Shown here: positions 18,534 to 28,977 of the stretch, one piece after another
Numbering within the stretch: position 1 is the first letter of the stretch
Layout of the letters: each line of letters starts with the position of its first letter
Assembly (NCBI GenBank): GCA_036339465.1
Contig: JAYZAY010000064.1
Coordinates: forward strand, 1-64,000
Reading direction: 5' to 3'
DNA length: 64,000 nucleotides
From: Myxococcota bacterium
GTDB lineage: Bacteria > Myxococcota > XYA12-FULL-58-9 > JABJBS01
Notes under the pieces: generated by a model
Told to the model about the DNA's origin: nothing
Seen by the model: the letters and a program-made list of their open reading frames with translations, nothing else
Databases searched by the model: none
Program-made: the position numbers and the translations under genes

Positions 18534-21173
18534 ATGAATCATCTTACACGGTGTGCGGTTGTGCCCGTGCCTAGAATTGTGCCAACCAAGATATATTTGG
18601 GGATCACTTTTGTCGTTAGCCTGCTCTTTTGGGGTTGCGACACACCCACTATTCTACAGGATACTCAAGCTGTGATTGCGCAGTTCAATCCAGACGAAGG
18701 CATCATTCCCAGCCCCTCAGACCTTCTGAGAAATGCGGAAACCGGACAACTCGAGATTCCCAACGATGAAGAAAGTCTCGCTGACAAGACACCCCTCGAG
18801 CGGGATCTCATCGGCAAGTTGAATAGACACTATGGATGGTCAACACAATCCGAAGGCTCGCTCACTTTCGATGACACCATAGATCACACAACCATTTCCG
18901 AAAAAAGCATTCTCGTTTTCAAACACCTGGAGAACTCTTTCGAAATAGTGGAAGTCAATTTTGAGCAGGCGCAGACCGAGGACGGACACAAAATAACGAT
19001 CATTCCACCAAGTGGTGGATGGGATAGCAACCAATCCTATTTAATCGCGGCAATTGGGGAGGGGCATCCTGACGGACTTAAGGGTATAAGTGGAAAAGAC
19101 GTCGTTTGCGATGCGGCATTTTGGTATCTCCGACTTCAGGAGAACCTAGAAAATCATCTCAATGCCATACCGGGCAAAACACTCGAAGAACAAAAAGAAA
19201 AGGCAACTGCACTCGAAGAAGTTCGAAAAAACTACAGCCCCTACTTCGACCACCTAGAATCATTGGGTTACCCAAGAAGCTCTGTGGCATTATTATGGGA
19301 TTTCACCACCACCCAAGCCACTGAAATATGGATGGACAAGCGTGCCGGTAAAATGCCTCTCCCCTCCGACTTCATCAGAAATCCGTTGACCAAGAAAGTC
19401 GAACTTCCAATCCCCGATGACTACGATGAGTTTAGGCGTTCGAATCTAGAGACATTAAATTCCTACGACGGCTTTGGCTTAAGTTCAGAACTCATCTTTG
19501 AATTGACCCTCCCCATCAATGAAGAAACCCTCAACGAGAAAAGTGTCCTTTTATTGGAAGAAGGCCCAGAACAAGCGTGGCTACCCATCCCCATCGATCT
19601 CGAAACTCGAACCGGAAACCGCTCGGTAAGGATTCAACCCAAAGACGCACCTCTCAAGCCCGATACCTTCTATGCCGTCATAGTCACCAGTGAACTCAAA
19701 GATCACAATGGTTACAGCGTAGAAACCATGCTTCCAGGAAGCTTCGTCCTGGCGAAAAACCCCGTTTTAAACCAAGAAGGCGACCCACAAATCAAAGGAT
19801 TGGACAAAACAACCGCCCAAAAGCTAGAGTTCGTTCGCCACAAAACTTTTGCAGCCACTGAGTATTGGGCTCAAATGACCACAACCTCCACCCAGCAAGT
19901 CGCTGCTGCCTGGTCATTCAAAACGGTTTCAATCTACGACAAAATAGTGAAGAGCCGGGATCTGGCCCAACAACTCAACAGCGATCCAAACCCCGTTATC
20001 CGTAGAGAACTATCGGCGTTTAAGGCTCTCCTCGATTTCCCCATTGGAATCATGAGCACTTTTTACGTCGATACGATTTTTGAAGGCTATCTCAAAATGC
20101 CCACACTTCTCGATGCGGAAACGCGTCGAAACTTCAAGAACGATATCTGGGATATTGAAAATGTCCGATTCACCATGACCATTCCTAAAAACGTCGACAA
20201 AAATACCCCCCTTAAAGTCGTCATCTTCGGTCATGCCATCGTCACGGAGCGGAGATTTGTCTACGCAGTCGCCGATGCGATGGCCAAGCGGGGCTACGCG
20301 ACCATCGGCATCGACTTCCCCTACCATGGCGCACGGACCCACTGTGCTAACACTGGCCCCCTCTGCTTTCCAAATCCATTCGATTCAGAAGGCGACATGT
20401 GGTGCCCAGACCCTTGCCAAGGAAATTCCACCTGTGCGGAGGATGGTCGATGCATCGACAATAACGGTGAAGGTAACCAACTCTCCAAATGGCCCATTCT
20501 TCCTATGTACCAAGCCAGTGGAGCAGCTTTTCTCGAACTCGATAACCTACCCGCGACCCGCGACCATTTCTACCAAGCCGTGGGCGATCTTAGTACACTG
20601 AAACGGTCTCTCGAAGTCGGTAATTGGAAAAGCGCCATTGGCTACGAATTGGATCCAAATATCTCCTATGTCGGTCAAAGTCTCGGTGGCATCATAGGTG
20701 GCGTTTTTGCTGCAGTTCAGCCCTCCCTGCAAAGAGTCGTTCTCAATGTTCCCGGCGGAAATCTAGTGGATATTTTTCGGGAATCTGGCCACTTCAAATC
20801 CCATTTTAGCCAATTTATCCGAGCGCATGATATCATCCCAGGAACCGAAGATTACGACAAACTACTACTCGCCGCTCGGTGGCTCGTGGATGTCATAGAC
20901 CCCATCAATTATGCGCGTTACCTGCAATCCGAATCCTTTGAACCCACCTTCGACTTTGGCCCACGCTCAGTGATGATCCAAAAAGCCAAAGGGGATTTTA
21001 TCATCCCAAATTTTACCACCGAAAAACTCGCCAAGGTCGGAGACATCAAGATGTTTGACTATTCCGGTACGCACGCCTTCATCGTCGTCCCCATCGAGCC
21101 TGCCTACTACTCTGGCCTTCGCGACATCGGTAAATTCATAAAAAGAGGTGTGTTTCCCGATGAAGACGAATAA
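18534..21173 (+). CDS. Lipoprotein lipase/esterase with duplicated Ig-like N-terminal modules
   Basis: Lipobox LFWGC; repeated P.PSD..RN..T...E.P module; VIFGHAI, IDFPYHG, GQSLGG, late His (THAF). Confidence 0.8.
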   Translation: MNHLTRCAVVPVPRIVPTKIYLGITFVVSLLFWGCDTPTILQDTQAVIAQFNPDEGIIPSPSDLLRNAETGQLEIPNDEESLADKTPLERDLIGKLNRHYGWSTQSEGSLTFDDTIDHTTISEKSILVFKHLENSFEIVEVNFEQAQTEDGHKITIIPPSGGWDSNQSYLIAAIGEGHPDGLKGISGKDVVCDAAFWYLRLQENLENHLNAIPGKTLEEQKEKATALEEVRKNYSPYFDHLESLGYPRSSVALLWDFTTTQATEIWMDKRAGKMPLPSDFIRNPLTKKVELPIPDDYDEFRRSNLETLNSYDGFGLSSELIFELTLPINEETLNEKSVLLLEEGPEQAWLPIPIDLETRTGNRSVRIQPKDAPLKPDTFYAVIVTSELKDHNGYSVETMLPGSFVLAKNPVLNQEGDPQIKGLDKTTAQKLEFVRHKTFAATEYWAQMTTTSTQQVAAAWSFKTVSIYDKIVKSRDLAQQLNSDPNPVIRRELSAFKALLDFPIGIMSTFYVDTIFEGYLKMPTLLDAETRRNFKNDIWDIENVRFTMTIPKNVDKNTPLKVVIFGHAIVTERRFVYAVADAMAKRGYATIGIDFPYHGARTHCANTGPLCFPNPFDSEGDMWCPDPCQGNSTCAEDGRCIDNNGEGNQLSKWPILPMYQASGAAFLELDNLPATRDHFYQAVGDLSTLKRSLEVGNWKSAIGYELDPNISYVGQSLGGIIGGVFAAVQPSLQRVVLNVPGGNLVDIFRESGHFKSHFSQFIRAHDIIPGTEDYDKLLLAARWLVDVIDPINYARYLQSESFEPTFDFGPRSVMIQKAKGDFIIPNFTTEKLAKVGDIKMFDYSGTHAFIVVPIEPAYYSGLRDIGKFIKRGVFPDEDE

Positions 21174-22380
21174 ACAAAAACTCCAACTGCTAGGCTTCTT
21201 CGTTTCTCTGTGTCCTTTCTTTTTTCAAAGCAGTGCCTTCGCCGCAGGATACCATAGCATAGAGAGCGAAATTTCAAGCCTCGGCCTCGGTGGAGCGAGC
21301 GCCGGAAATATTTATGCCATCGATGGTGCCCTAAGAAATCCAGCCATTGGAGGATTCCAGCTAGGGTTTCGGGGAAACATCGGTCTGGCACTCGCGAACC
21401 CTACTCTGAGCGCAACCAGCTCAAGTGGGGAAATCCATTCAGAAAACGGCCCAAGCCTACCTCCCGTTGCCCATGTTGGATATACAGCCGATGGACTTTC
21501 CATCGACTTGGGACTCCAGATCCCCTATGGATCTTCAATCAAGTGGCCCGAGGACTGGGTCGGCCGATACACTTTGGTTAAAGCCCACATGGCAATTTTT
21601 CGTTCCACCCTATCTGTCGCTTATCAAGTGGGAAATTTCGCCATGGGCATAGGCTTTATCTATGATTTGGGGCGACTCAACCTCAACCAAAAACGCGCGT
21701 TCATCTCTGAAGACGGAGAGGTCGACCTCCAAATGTCAGGTGGAGCGAGTGGTTTTACCGCGGGCATCCTCGCCAAACTCCACGACAAAGTGCATTTGGG
21801 ATTGACCTTCGTGAGTGGCCAAACCGTCGATTTCAAAGGACAAGCCAATTTCTCAATACCCTCTTCGTTTCAAGGTTTTGCAGAAGACGGCCCAGTCATT
21901 GCCACCCTGGAATTTCCCCACAAAGTCAGCACAGGTGTCGTTTGGAAACCCCTCTCCGAACTGCTTCTAACCGCCGATTTAGAATGGTGGAACTGGTCTA
22001 GGCTTCAAGAGTTTACCATCGATTTCGCATCTCCCATCACAGAAGATGTAGAAAAACAGAGAGATTGGAATGACACCCTCACCATCCGACTGGGAACCGC
22101 TTACCAAGTTTCCGAAATAGTTCAGGTCAAAATTGGAGGTTTTTTCGACCAAAGCCCCGTCCCACACAAAACCGCAGGTGCCGATTCACCCGACTCCGAC
22201 CGGCTGGGACTTAGCACAGGCCTAACCCTTTCTCTTCTCGATAAGATCCACTTAAATCTGGCCTACCAATGGGTGAATCTTCTGGGTATCAACAATCCAG
22301 CCATCCCTCTCGAATTACCAAACCAGTTTAACGGCACCTTCCATGTCGCTGCATTAGGCCTCTCCTACGGAAAGACCTAG
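21160..22380 (+). CDS. FadL/OmpP1-family outer-membrane transporter
   Basis: Signal peptide, GLGGA...NPA hatch motif, PYG, WNDT, PDSDR; overlaps the lipase stop. Confidence 0.88.
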   Translation: MKTNKQKLQLLGFFVSLCPFFFQSSAFAAGYHSIESEISSLGLGGASAGNIYAIDGALRNPAIGGFQLGFRGNIGLALANPTLSATSSSGEIHSENGPSLPPVAHVGYTADGLSIDLGLQIPYGSSIKWPEDWVGRYTLVKAHMAIFRSTLSVAYQVGNFAMGIGFIYDLGRLNLNQKRAFISEDGEVDLQMSGGASGFTAGILAKLHDKVHLGLTFVSGQTVDFKGQANFSIPSSFQGFAEDGPVIATLEFPHKVSTGVVWKPLSELLLTADLEWWNWSRLQEFTIDFASPITEDVEKQRDWNDTLTIRLGTAYQVSEIVQVKIGGFFDQSPVPHKTAGADSPDSDRLGLSTGLTLSLLDKIHLNLAYQWVNLLGINNPAIPLELPNQFNGTFHVAALGLSYGKT

Positions 22381-22453
22381 ACACCAAAAGGTTGCGTCAA
22401 AATTGAACACTCTGCGTTGCGAATCCAAAGCGTCTTTGGTATTCGCTGTGGTT

Positions 22454-23188
22454 ATGAATGCTAAGCGACGAATCGCCATTGCGCTCCTATTGTTCTCGGC
22501 ATGGAGCCCATCCCAGGCCCTCGCTTTTCTTCTACCAGCCGACTTCATTCTCAAGCGCACCCTAGAAAAGCACTATCTCAGAACATATGATGGCATGAGT
22601 ATCGTGGTGGCCTCCGAATTAACGGCCCCCGGTTCGGTAAGAGCGGAACGTTGGTATCTAAAGAAACCCAGTATGTTTCGTATTAGTCTCGAAAATAAAA
22701 GCGATGCACTCTACGTCCAAAATAAGGAACAAGCGAAGCTATCAACTGAAGGTGAAGAAATTCCAGAGCAACTGATGAAGCTCTTGGCTTATTTGTGGGT
22801 ACCCGAAAAAGAAAGTCATAAAAATGCGCTTCGTGATCTCCTGATAAATTTGAAAAGTGCAGAGATCGATTCAGAAACAGTGTCGATCAAGAGAGACGCT
22901 CAACACATTGTGTATGTCATTGGGGCACTTCCCTGGGAAAATCAAAAGTCACAAATTTGGATCGATAAACAATCATTTATACCAAGACGTTACCGGCTGG
23001 TCCAAACAAAAGGCACCGAAATAACCGCCTGGGAAATTCAATTCAAGGCTTATGAGAAAACCGAATTCGGTGTGAGTTTCCCAACACGACTCGAAATCTA
23101 TAAGAATAAGAAACTTCAAATAACTCGCTCACTTAAGGACATCCAATCCACCAAGACCCTCCCCAATTCCCTCTTTGATATTTCGTGA
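22454..23188 (+). CDS. LolA-like periplasmic carrier-fold protein
   Basis: Signal peptide; YLKKPSMFRI, QIWIDKQSFIP, FPTRLEI, C-terminal LPNSLF. Confidence 0.6.
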   Translation: MNAKRRIAIALLLFSAWSPSQALAFLLPADFILKRTLEKHYLRTYDGMSIVVASELTAPGSVRAERWYLKKPSMFRISLENKSDALYVQNKEQAKLSTEGEEIPEQLMKLLAYLWVPEKESHKNALRDLLINLKSAEIDSETVSIKRDAQHIVYVIGALPWENQKSQIWIDKQSFIPRRYRLVQTKGTEITAWEIQFKAYEKTEFGVSFPTRLEIYKNKKLQITRSLKDIQSTKTLPNSLFDIS

Positions 23189-23355
23189 CCCTCATTGGGC
23201 GCCATCCATCGTTCACAAAAAAGAAACAAAAAGAGAGGAAGGCGAAAAAATTTTCAGACAAATTGCTTTGCCCTCAAATCGAACCCTTATAGTATTAACT
23301 CAAGATGGATAAGGCTGCATACGCTCCTAACGAAACTCAACTAAAGAAGTAGACC

Positions 23356-26205
23356 ATGCAGGATGCTCCCCCCGACCTCAACGTGTCAAATCTCGCATAT
23401 GTAGAAGAACTCTACGATGCATACCTTCAAAACCCCAACAGTGTGTCCGATATCTGGAAGAAAATTTTCGCAGACTACGACAATCAAATGACAAACGGGA
23501 CCCCCCCCAGGCTCGGACCGTCATTCAAACCCACCTCGATTTTCAATCCCGCCTCCAGCAATAAAAACACCAATGGTGCTCAAGAAATGAGTGAATCTAG
23601 CCATCACTCGTTGGACGAATCGAGCATCGCTCACCAAGCCGCCATTATGCAAGAGCGGCTCATGCAATTGGTTCGAGCTTATCGAGTGCGAGGGCATCTT
23701 ATTGCATCGGTGGACCCCCTCGACTTACCCCGTCCACCACAACCAGAACTATTTCCCGCCTTCTATGGCTTTTCACAAGAGGAGATGAACCAAAAATTCT
23801 CTGGGGACTCCATCCACGCCTTAACTCCCATGACTCTACGCGATATTGTCGCTCGTCTAAAAAGAACCTACTGCGAGGCCATCGGGGTCCAATACATGCA
23901 CATCGACGACCTTGTCATGAAAGTATGGCTCGAAGAACGCATGGAAATCACTGAAAATAAGATCATGCTGACCCATGGGCAGAAGCTGAAAACCCTCACA
24001 ACATTAACAGACGCCGTTATTCTAGAGGAATTTATTCAACGCAAGTTCGTGGGCTCCAAAAGTTTTTCCCTCGAAGGGTCAGAGAGTATCATCCCTCTTC
24101 TGCACCATGCGATCGAAACCGCAGGAGAGGATGGCGTCGAAGAAGTCGTATTGTCCATGGCTCACCGTGGCCGCCTCAATGTTCTTGTGAATATTATGGG
24201 AAAAAGTCCCGCAGACATTTTCCGCGAATTCGCCGACAAAGACCCCGAAGCATTTCTCGGGCGTGGCGATGTGAAATATCACAAAGGCTATAGTAGCGAT
24301 TGGAAAACCGTTTCCGGTAGGAATGTTCACCTCTCACTCTGTTTCAACCCAAGTCACCTCGAATTCGTCAATCCGGTTGCTTTGGGAAGAACACGTGCGA
24401 AACAAGACCGGAGACAAGATAAAGATCGTTCTAAGGTTTTAACCCTGGTCATTCATGGAGACGCCGCATTCGCTGGTGAAGGCGTCGTTCAAGAAACCTT
24501 AAACCTAAGTGAACTCACTGGCTACCAAACCGGTGGGACCCTCCACGTAATCATCAATAACCAAATTGGTTTTACCACTGACCCGTCAGACCACCGATCT
24601 TGTACATACGCGACCGATGTCGGCAAAATGCTTCAAATCCCGATTTTCCATGTCAATGGGGAAAACCCGGAGGCGGTAGCCCAAGTGGTACGCCTGGCAA
24701 GTGAATTTCGGCGCACATTCCAGCGGGACGTCATTATCGACATGTATAGTTTTCGACGCCTTGGCCACAACGAAGGAGACGAACCGGCTTTCACCCAACC
24801 CGTGATGTATCGAGCCATTCGCGCGCGACCAAATGTTCGAGAAGGTTACCTCCAAAACCTCCTAAAGCCCGGGGGAGTCACCCAAGAAGAAGCTGCCCAG
24901 ATTGCGCATGCACGAAAACAGTACCTAGAAACCCAACTCAGAGTAGCCACTGACCAAACCAAGGTGAAGAGTGACGAAACCCTCGGTGGATCATGGCGTG
25001 GATATTATGGTGGCCGGGAACAGAGTGCGGATCATCCCAAAACGAGGCTGCCCCTTAGCAGGCTTAGCTACCTCTTAGAAATTCAAACCTTTTTGCCCGA
25101 CACATTTACACCGCACGCCAAACTTAAACGAATCTTGGAAGGTCGAGGAGCCATGGCTCGAGGAGAGAGGAAGCTCGATTGGGGAGCCGCAGAGGCACTT
25201 GCCTTCGCAAGTCTTCTGATTGAAGGTACAGGAATCCGACTAACAGGCCAAGACAGCCAACGAGGCACCTTCAGTCACAGACATTCAGTGCTCCATGATT
25301 TTGAAACCGGCGAAAGTTATATGCCACTTCGCCATCTTGATCCAGACCAAGCCAAGGTAGAAATTCACAATAGCCCCCTGACAGAATCCGCGGTTTTAGC
25401 CTTCGAATATGGGTTCAGTATGGACATGCCCGATACTCTTTGTATCTGGGAAGCCCAATTTGGTGACTTCGCGAACGTCGCCCAAGTGATCTTCGACCAA
25501 TTTATTTCAAGTGGGGAAGATAAATGGCAGAGACTCAGCGGCCTCGTCGTCCTCCTCCCCCACGCCTTCGAAGGCATGGGCCCCGAGCATTCTAGTGCAC
25601 GACTTGAACGCTTCTTAAATATGGCTGCTGAAGACAATATGCAGATTTGCTACCCCAGTACACCGTCTCAGTGCTTCCATATGTTCCGCCGCCAAGCCCT
25701 CAGGAAATGGACTAAACCGCTGATTGTGATGAGTCCCAAGAGCTTACTTCGACATCCTAAAGCGGTTTCAAGCCTTGAGGAATTGGCGCAAGGTTCATTC
25801 CACAGGATTCTTCCTGATCAGCGTGAAACTCAAACCGAGACATCGAGAATACTGATATGCAGCGGTAAGATTTATTATGAGCTGGACGCAAAACGAGAAG
25901 AACTCGGTAGAAATGACGTCGCAATTCTCAGGATTGAGCAATTCTACCCGCTTCCGCAATCTGATATTGAGGATGCATTCGCCCACTACGGAGAGGAAGT
26001 ACCCGTGTATTGGGTACAAGACGAACCGGAAAACATGGGCGCTTGGCGCCATTTACGCGCGCGCTTCGGACACAGCATTGGTGGGCGTTGGCCCTTTTAT
26101 GGAATCCACCGCCCCGAATCCGCGAGCCCTGCCACTGGTTCTTTCAGTAGCCACAAACTCGAACAAACTCGACTCCTTGACGACGCATTTGCATCTAAAC
26201 CATGA
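23356..26205 (+). CDS. sucA: 2-oxoglutarate dehydrogenase E1
   Basis: AYRVRGH, MAHRGRLN, GDVKYH, HGDAAF, WEAQFGDF, HSSARLER. Confidence 0.98.
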   Translation: MQDAPPDLNVSNLAYVEELYDAYLQNPNSVSDIWKKIFADYDNQMTNGTPPRLGPSFKPTSIFNPASSNKNTNGAQEMSESSHHSLDESSIAHQAAIMQERLMQLVRAYRVRGHLIASVDPLDLPRPPQPELFPAFYGFSQEEMNQKFSGDSIHALTPMTLRDIVARLKRTYCEAIGVQYMHIDDLVMKVWLEERMEITENKIMLTHGQKLKTLTTLTDAVILEEFIQRKFVGSKSFSLEGSESIIPLLHHAIETAGEDGVEEVVLSMAHRGRLNVLVNIMGKSPADIFREFADKDPEAFLGRGDVKYHKGYSSDWKTVSGRNVHLSLCFNPSHLEFVNPVALGRTRAKQDRRQDKDRSKVLTLVIHGDAAFAGEGVVQETLNLSELTGYQTGGTLHVIINNQIGFTTDPSDHRSCTYATDVGKMLQIPIFHVNGENPEAVAQVVRLASEFRRTFQRDVIIDMYSFRRLGHNEGDEPAFTQPVMYRAIRARPNVREGYLQNLLKPGGVTQEEAAQIAHARKQYLETQLRVATDQTKVKSDETLGGSWRGYYGGREQSADHPKTRLPLSRLSYLLEIQTFLPDTFTPHAKLKRILEGRGAMARGERKLDWGAAEALAFASLLIEGTGIRLTGQDSQRGTFSHRHSVLHDFETGESYMPLRHLDPDQAKVEIHNSPLTESAVLAFEYGFSMDMPDTLCIWEAQFGDFANVAQVIFDQFISSGEDKWQRLSGLVVLLPHAFEGMGPEHSSARLERFLNMAAEDNMQICYPSTPSQCFHMFRRQALRKWTKPLIVMSPKSLLRHPKAVSSLEELAQGSFHRILPDQRETQTETSRILICSGKIYYELDAKREELGRNDVAILRIEQFYPLPQSDIEDAFAHYGEEVPVYWVQDEPENMGAWRHLRARFGHSIGGRWPFYGIHRPESASPATGSFSSHKLEQTRLLDDAFASKP

Positions 26206-26291
26206 ACGTGTAGTCTTATAGTCAGAAACAACCAGGAGTCACCTTGTAACCGCGGAGCTAAGCCGTTTGTCTCAACCAAACCAAAAGAAAG

Positions 26292-27545
26292 ATGAGTGCA
26301 ATGTCCATTGAATTACGAATTCCTGCAGTTGGTGAATCTATCACAGAAGTTGAAGTTGGTGAGTGGCTGAAAAATGTCGGCGACCCTGTCGGTACCGATG
26401 AAACCATCGTGATGATTGAAACCGACAAAGTAACCGCTGAAATTTTAGCCCCCAAACCTGGTAAGGTTACCCAAATTATCAAGAAAGAAGGTGAAGCAGC
26501 AACTGTCGGTGAAGTCATTGGCTATATGGATACCGCAGAACAAGCAGAGGTCAGTAGCCCCACTCCCGCTGCTCCAGAGCCGGCCGCTAAGCCACCTGCA
26601 CCGCAGGTAACAACCGTCATGCCTGCAGCGCAGCGAGAACTGGCCGCCCGGGGCATCGAAGCCAATGACGTCAATCCAACCGGACCCGGCGGGCGCCTAC
26701 TCAAAGAAGACGTCGTTCGCCATGTCCCACAGGAGGTGCCAGCACCAACGCCAGCACCAACGCCAGCACCAACGCCAGCACCGGTGGCGGCCAAACCAGC
26801 ACCGACACCAGCGCCCATTCAACCACCCGTAGTCAGTAACGAAGGTCGTATCGACGAAGCCGTCACCATGACCCCCCTTCGGCGGAAAGTCGCCCAGCGA
26901 TTGGTCGAAGCACAACAAAACGCCGCACTTCTAACAACATTCAACGAAGTCGACATGTCTGAGGTAATGAAAACTCGGAAGATTTATCAAGAATCATTTA
27001 TAAAAAAGAACGACATAAAATTAGGGTTCATGTCCTTTTTTATCAAGGCGACCATTGATGCTCTTAAGGAAATTCCGCAAATCAACGCGGAACTTAAGGG
27101 CCAAGAAATCATCTATAAAAACTACTTTGACATAGGTGTCGCTGTGGGAGGCGGTAAAGGCTTGGTGGTTCCGGTCATCAGAAATGCCGAAAAGCTGAGT
27201 TTTTCGGAAATAGAACTGACAATTCGTGATTTTGGAACCCGGGCCAAGGCCGGTAAATTAAAATTAGAGGAGCTCCAGGGTGGTACTTTCACCATTTCAA
27301 ATGGAGGTGTTTATGGGTCCCTACTTTCGACCCCTATCGTAAATCCGCCCCAAAGCGGTATTTTAGGGCTCCACGGAATCAAGGAGCGCCCCATGGCCAT
27401 TCACGGAGAAGTGGTAATTCGACCCATGATGTACATCGCACTGACTTACGACCACAGAATTGTCGATGGTCGTGAAGCAGTCACTTTCCTAAATCGCATC
27501 AAAGATTGTATTGAAGCCCCTGAGCGTATGTTGCTGGAGATCTGA
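26292..27545 (+). CDS. sucB: Dihydrolipoamide succinyltransferase E2
   Basis: Lipoyl ETDKV, E3-binding domain, [16 protein letters not shown]. Confidence 0.97.
   Translation: MSAMSIELRIPAVGESITEVEVGEWLKNVGDPVGTDETIVMIETDKVTAEILAPKPGKVTQIIKKEGEAATVGEVIGYMDTAEQAEVSSPTPAAPEPAAKPPAPQVTTVMPAAQRELAARGIEANDVNPTGPGGRLLKEDVVRHVPQEVPAPTPAPTPAPTPAPVAAKPAPTPAPIQPPVVSNEGRIDEAVTMTPLRRKVAQRLVEAQQNAALLTTFNEVDMSEVMKTRKIYQESFIKKNDIKLGFMSFFIKATIDALKEIPQINAELKGQEIIYKNYFDIGVAVGGGKGLVVPVIRNAEKLSFSEIELTIRDFGTRAKAGKLKLEELQGGTFTISNGGVYGSLLSTPIVNPPQSGILGLHGIKERPMAIHGEVVIRPMMYIALTYDHRIVDGREAVTFLNRIKDCIEAPERMLLEI
26739..26782 (+). repeat. 12-bp coding tandem repeat (PAPT)x3 in the SucB linker
   Basis: CCAGCACCAACG x3 plus a partial copy. 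Confidence 0.85.
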
Positions 27546-27551
27546 TATAAA

Positions 27552-28946
27552 ATGAGTGAACATCAATTCGACCTAGTCGTCATCGGAGCTGGCCCTGGTG
27601 GATACGTCGCTGCGATTCGCGCCGCACAATTGGGGCTCAACGTCGCCTGTATCGAAAAAGAAACCGCCTTGGGAGGAACTTGTCTACGGGTTGGGTGCAT
27701 TCCCAGTAAGGCCCTCCTAGAAGCAAGCAGCAAATATACCGACGTTCGAAACAAGTTTGCCAACTTCGGTATTGTGGTCAACGATATACAATTAGACCTT
27801 TCAAAAATGCTGAAACATAAAGATAAAACCGTCACTGCACTCACCAAGGGTATCAGCGGGTTGTTCAAAAAGAATGGGATCAGTCACTACCCAGGACTGG
27901 GCACAATCACCGCTCCTGGTAAAGTGCAAGTAAGTAACCCTGACAGCTCAACCACTGAGCTGACAACCCGCTACATTCTCATTGCCACCGGCAGCAGTGT
28001 CACCAAATTACCCAGCATCGAATTCTCTGGGGACCGTATTGGAACAAGTACCGAGGCACTATCATACCCTGAAGTCCCCAATCATCTAGTCGTCATTGGC
28101 GCTGGAGTGATCGGATTGGAATTGGGAAGTGTTTGGAGCCGACTGGGTGCCAAAGTTACTGTAGTCGAATACTTGGACCGCATTCTGCCAGGGATGGACT
28201 CAGAAATAGCCCAAGAAGCACAACGTTTACTTAAGAAACAAGGGTTAGAATTCCAGTTAAATACCAAAGTTGTAGGCGCAACCACCAACGGCTCGGACTG
28301 CATGGTGATGATCGAGGGAGCAGAACCCATCACCGCAGATCGGGTGCTGGTCTCCGTCGGTCGAAAACCCAACACTGAAGGGCTGGGACTAGAAAACGTC
28401 GGAATCGAAACCTCAAAACGCGGGCAAGTGGCCGTTAACAAGCGTTTTGAAACCTCAGTACCTGGTATTTTTGCTATCGGCGATGTCATCGAAGGGCCAA
28501 TGCTGGCCCATAAGGCCGAAGAAGAGGGCATCGCGTGCGTAGAAGAACTCGTAACAGGTTACGGCCATGTCAATTACAATGCCATTCCAAGCGTCGTTTA
28601 CACCGATCCTGAAATTGCGTCCGTAGGGCAAACAGAGGAACAGCTAAACGAAGCTCAAATCCGATACCGCAAAGGCGTCTTTCCACTGGCTGCCAACGGA
28701 CGAGCAAGATCCGTGGGTCAACCCGATGGGAAAATCAAAGTTCTTGCCGATGCGCAAACAGATCGTATCCTCGGGGTACACATTATTGCCTCCCATGCGG
28801 GCGATTTAATCGCCGAGGCAGTCACCGCCATGGAATTCGGTGCGAGCAGCGAAGATTTGGCAAGGGTCTGCCATGCCCACCCCACCATGGCCGAAGCGCT
28901 TAAAGAGGCTGCCCTTGCCGTCGACAAACGACCTATCCATATTTAG
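27552..28946 (+). CDS. lpdA: Dihydrolipoamide dehydrogenase E3
   Basis: GAGPGG, GGTCLRVGCIPSK, HAHPTMAE. Confidence 0.97.
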   Translation: MSEHQFDLVVIGAGPGGYVAAIRAAQLGLNVACIEKETALGGTCLRVGCIPSKALLEASSKYTDVRNKFANFGIVVNDIQLDLSKMLKHKDKTVTALTKGISGLFKKNGISHYPGLGTITAPGKVQVSNPDSSTTELTTRYILIATGSSVTKLPSIEFSGDRIGTSTEALSYPEVPNHLVVIGAGVIGLELGSVWSRLGAKVTVVEYLDRILPGMDSEIAQEAQRLLKKQGLEFQLNTKVVGATTNGSDCMVMIEGAEPITADRVLVSVGRKPNTEGLGLENVGIETSKRGQVAVNKRFETSVPGIFAIGDVIEGPMLAHKAEEEGIACVEELVTGYGHVNYNAIPSVVYTDPEIASVGQTEEQLNEAQIRYRKGVFPLAANGRARSVGQPDGKIKVLADAQTDRILGVHIIASHAGDLIAEAVTAMEFGASSEDLARVCHAHPTMAEALKEAALAVDKRPIHI

Positions 28947-28977
28947 ACAGCATCATTGTCTTTGATCTGACCATCCC

